Shown here in pieces: positions 62,294 to 64,000 of a stretch of DNA of 64,000 nt. How positions within the stretch are numbered: the stretch's first letter is position 1; the number at the start of each line of letters is the position of its first letter. The DNA comes from Spirulina sp. GTDB lineage: Bacteria > Cyanobacteriota > Cyanobacteriia > Phormidesmidales > Phormidesmidaceae. The position numbers and the translations under genes were made by a program. The notes under the pieces are model-generated. The model did no database searches, was not told where the DNA came from, and worked only from the letters and a program-made list of their open reading frames with translations. The stretch lies in assembly GCA_044070495.1 (NCBI GenBank), contig JBIPSI010000026.1:12416-76415 (forward strand), in the 5' to 3' direction.

Positions 62294-62409
62294 AATGCCA
62301 GGGATCGCCGATCTTGTAGGATGTGCTCCTTATGACAATGCCTGCCATCTTACCGATAGTTTTTTAGGAACGCACCATGCTCATAAGTTTCTTGAAACAA
62401 ACAATCGCA

Positions 62410-62496
62410 GTCTAACAACGCCCATGCACACTGCCCGCCAAGTTGATCGGTTATGATGCAAAGATTATCTGCTACGGATAATAGGCAACATTATTA
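62410..62496 (+). other. Degenerate attC-like site
   Basis: R''-like GTCTAAC then AACGCCCATGCAC; the far arm GATAATAGGCAACATTA has imperfect dyad symmetry and a mutated R' (ATT for GTT). Confidence 0.5.
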
Positions 62497-62519
62497 CTTT
62501 GTCAAGCAGGAGTCAAACT

Positions 62520-63263
62520 TTGGATCTAAACCCAAAATTCAGAAGTAAAAAGTTTCAGTGTCCACACTGCCAGATTGTTTCACAACAGTCTTGGTTTGAC
62601 GTTTACAATTCGAGTGATGCAGCCAATAGGATATTAAATCACGTATTTTATAATTACAGAATAAGAATAGCGGACTATCAACAAAAGGCCATCGCAGCTT
62701 TTATAGAGGAAGTCGTACAGGCTAATAATCGGCATATGAAGGAGTTTGTTCCTGAAGGTTTTTCTATTGCAACTTGCTCATCATGCAACGAATTCTCCTT
62801 ATGGGTGAATCAAGAAATTGTTTATCCAAAACAAATGGCGGTAGCGCCTCCAAATGAAGACATGGAGCAAGAGATTCGAGATTTATATCTGGAAGCATCC
62901 ACCATTGTTTTCGATTCTCCTAAAGGTGCTACAGCTTTGCTTAGACTGGCACTTCAACTATTACTAAAACAGATGGGCAAGCCTGGGAAAAATATTAACA
63001 ATGACATAAAAGAACTTGTGGAAGAGGGGCTAAGTCCGAAAATTCAAAAAGCACTAGACTTGCTTCGAGTTGTAGGAAATAACGCTGTTCATCCGGGTCA
63101 GATCAACCTAGAAGACGGTAGAGATATAGCACTCAAATTATTTCACGTACTTAATTTTATCGCGGACGAAATGATTTCAAAGCCTAAAGAGCTAGATTTT
63201 CTGTATGCAGATGTCGTTCCTGAAGAAACGCAAGAACACATCAAAAAAAGGGACGGCCAATGA
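62520..63263 (+). CDS. DUF4145-domain protein with N-terminal Zn-ribbon-like Cys pairs
   Basis: CPHC and CSSC, SPKGATALLRLALQ, LRVVGNNAVHPG. SD AGGAG precedes TTG 62520. Confidence 0.85.
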   Translation: MDLNPKFRSKKFQCPHCQIVSQQSWFDVYNSSDAANRILNHVFYNYRIRIADYQQKAIAAFIEEVVQANNRHMKEFVPEGFSIATCSSCNEFSLWVNQEIVYPKQMAVAPPNEDMEQEIRDLYLEASTIVFDSPKGATALLRLALQLLLKQMGKPGKNINNDIKELVEEGLSPKIQKALDLLRVVGNNAVHPGQINLEDGRDIALKLFHVLNFIADEMISKPKELDFLYADVVPEETQEHIKKRDGQ

Positions 63264-63282
63264 GGATAATTTATAGTCGCGA

Positions 63283-63331
63283 ATATAACAAGCTATTGCA
63301 CAGTACAATCCGCTCAATCGAAGCGTTATAT
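63283..63331 (+). other. Short attC-like site
   Basis: ATATAAC...GTTATAT perfectly complementary core sites, 20 bp after the DUF4145 stop. Confidence 0.45.
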
Positions 63332-63379
63332 CGCTGACAGCCCTGTAGAGTCGGCGTAACATATTTTTCGAGGTAAATA

Positions 63380-63625
63380 ATGATGAATGCGCAATTAATG
63401 ATTCAACCCTCATCTTTTATTGATGCGGGCATTCAAATCAAGTCAGTTCGAGGTTTGCTTCTGTTCAAATTTAGTGAAGACCTACAAGAGCGGCTAGAGC
63501 GTCTCAACGAGAGGCAGCGAGAGTCGCAGTTATCACCCGACGAAGCAGTAGAACTGACTGGGATTTTGGAACTCGACCGAATTTTCACATTGCTGAATGC
63601 AAAAATTATTGCTGAGTCTGCTTAG
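63380..63625 (+). CDS. Small acidic protein, putative partner/antitoxin of the HNH nuclease
   Basis: 81 aa, SD GAGG, stop 2 bp before the HNH start. Confidence 0.65.
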   Translation: MMNAQLMIQPSSFIDAGIQIKSVRGLLLFKFSEDLQERLERLNERQRESQLSPDEAVELTGILELDRIFTLLNAKIIAESA

Positions 63626-63627
63626 GT

Positions 63628-63860
63628 ATGGCGATTTCAAAAGAGATTCGGCAACAAGTTCGAGAGCGAGCTAAGTATCTGTGTGAATACTGCCACTCCT
63701 CCGAAGAAGCTAGTGCAGCACGGTTTGAGATTGATCATATTCAACCACGATCACGTGGAGGTGCAGATACATTTAAAAATTTGGCTTTGGCTTGTCAGCG
63801 ATGTAATAGCTACCGTTACAATTTCACAGAAGGGACAGATCCAGAATCTCAAGTCTCTAC
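63628..63860 (+). pseudogene. HNH endonuclease interrupted by an IS
   Basis: CEYC, EIDHIQPRSRGG, NLALACQRCN. The sequence switches to a putative IS end at 63861, where the usual C-terminal part is missing. Confidence 0.7.
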
Positions 63861-64000
63861 GGGAGCATGTCACCTTTGCGGTGAGTAGAAATGCTTAAGA
63901 GGACGGGGCACTGGAAAAGCTGAGCTGTATCAGCGAGAATCAAAGCGATCTACGACATAGCTAAAGCCATGAACCCAGACCAAGAGCAAGCCCTTAAAGC
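63861..64000 (+). mobile_element. Left end of an IS (ISKra4-like), partial
   Basis: Starts GGGAGCATGTCAC. The ORF from ATG 63969 (MNPDQEQALK...) resembles the N-terminus of cyanobacterial ISKra4-type first ORFs, from recall. Confidence 0.55.

Noticed and set aside
1..64000. CRISPR array, tRNA or rRNA genes
   Set aside because: No regularly spaced repeat-spacer units, cloverleafs or rRNA sequence seen. The tandem repeats present are short and lack unique spacers.

Overview
A 64 kb chromosomal segment of a GC-rich cyanobacterium. psaD, isiA/isiB and candidate Yfr2 and PsrR1 sRNAs establish the phylum; a Leptolyngbya/Nodosilinea-like lineage is my impression only. Most of the window is housekeeping genes: gcvP, nadC, queA, ggt, msrA, murQ, trpD, trpE, psaD, remA, rqcH, menG and der. 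Accessory content includes (i) a partner-switching cluster (Cache-HAMP-SpoIIE phosphatase, Slr1658-like kinase, STAS protein) divergent from a diguanylate cyclase, resembling SiaABCD; (ii) a relE-type toxin pseudogene missed by the ORF track; (iii) three MITE or small-repeat families and many GTAG-REP-like elements; (iv) a ~280 nt intergenic transcript candidate carrying a 23-aa micro-ORF; and (v) an AT-richer right-hand island with attC-like sites flanking a DUF4145 gene (CALIN-like), a beta-flower/PVP-repeat gene, and an HNH gene truncated by an IS. By eye, the HIP1 core CGATCG is absent from the whole window, while CTAG/CCTAGG is common. No database searches or computations were run; all family calls come from recalled motifs.
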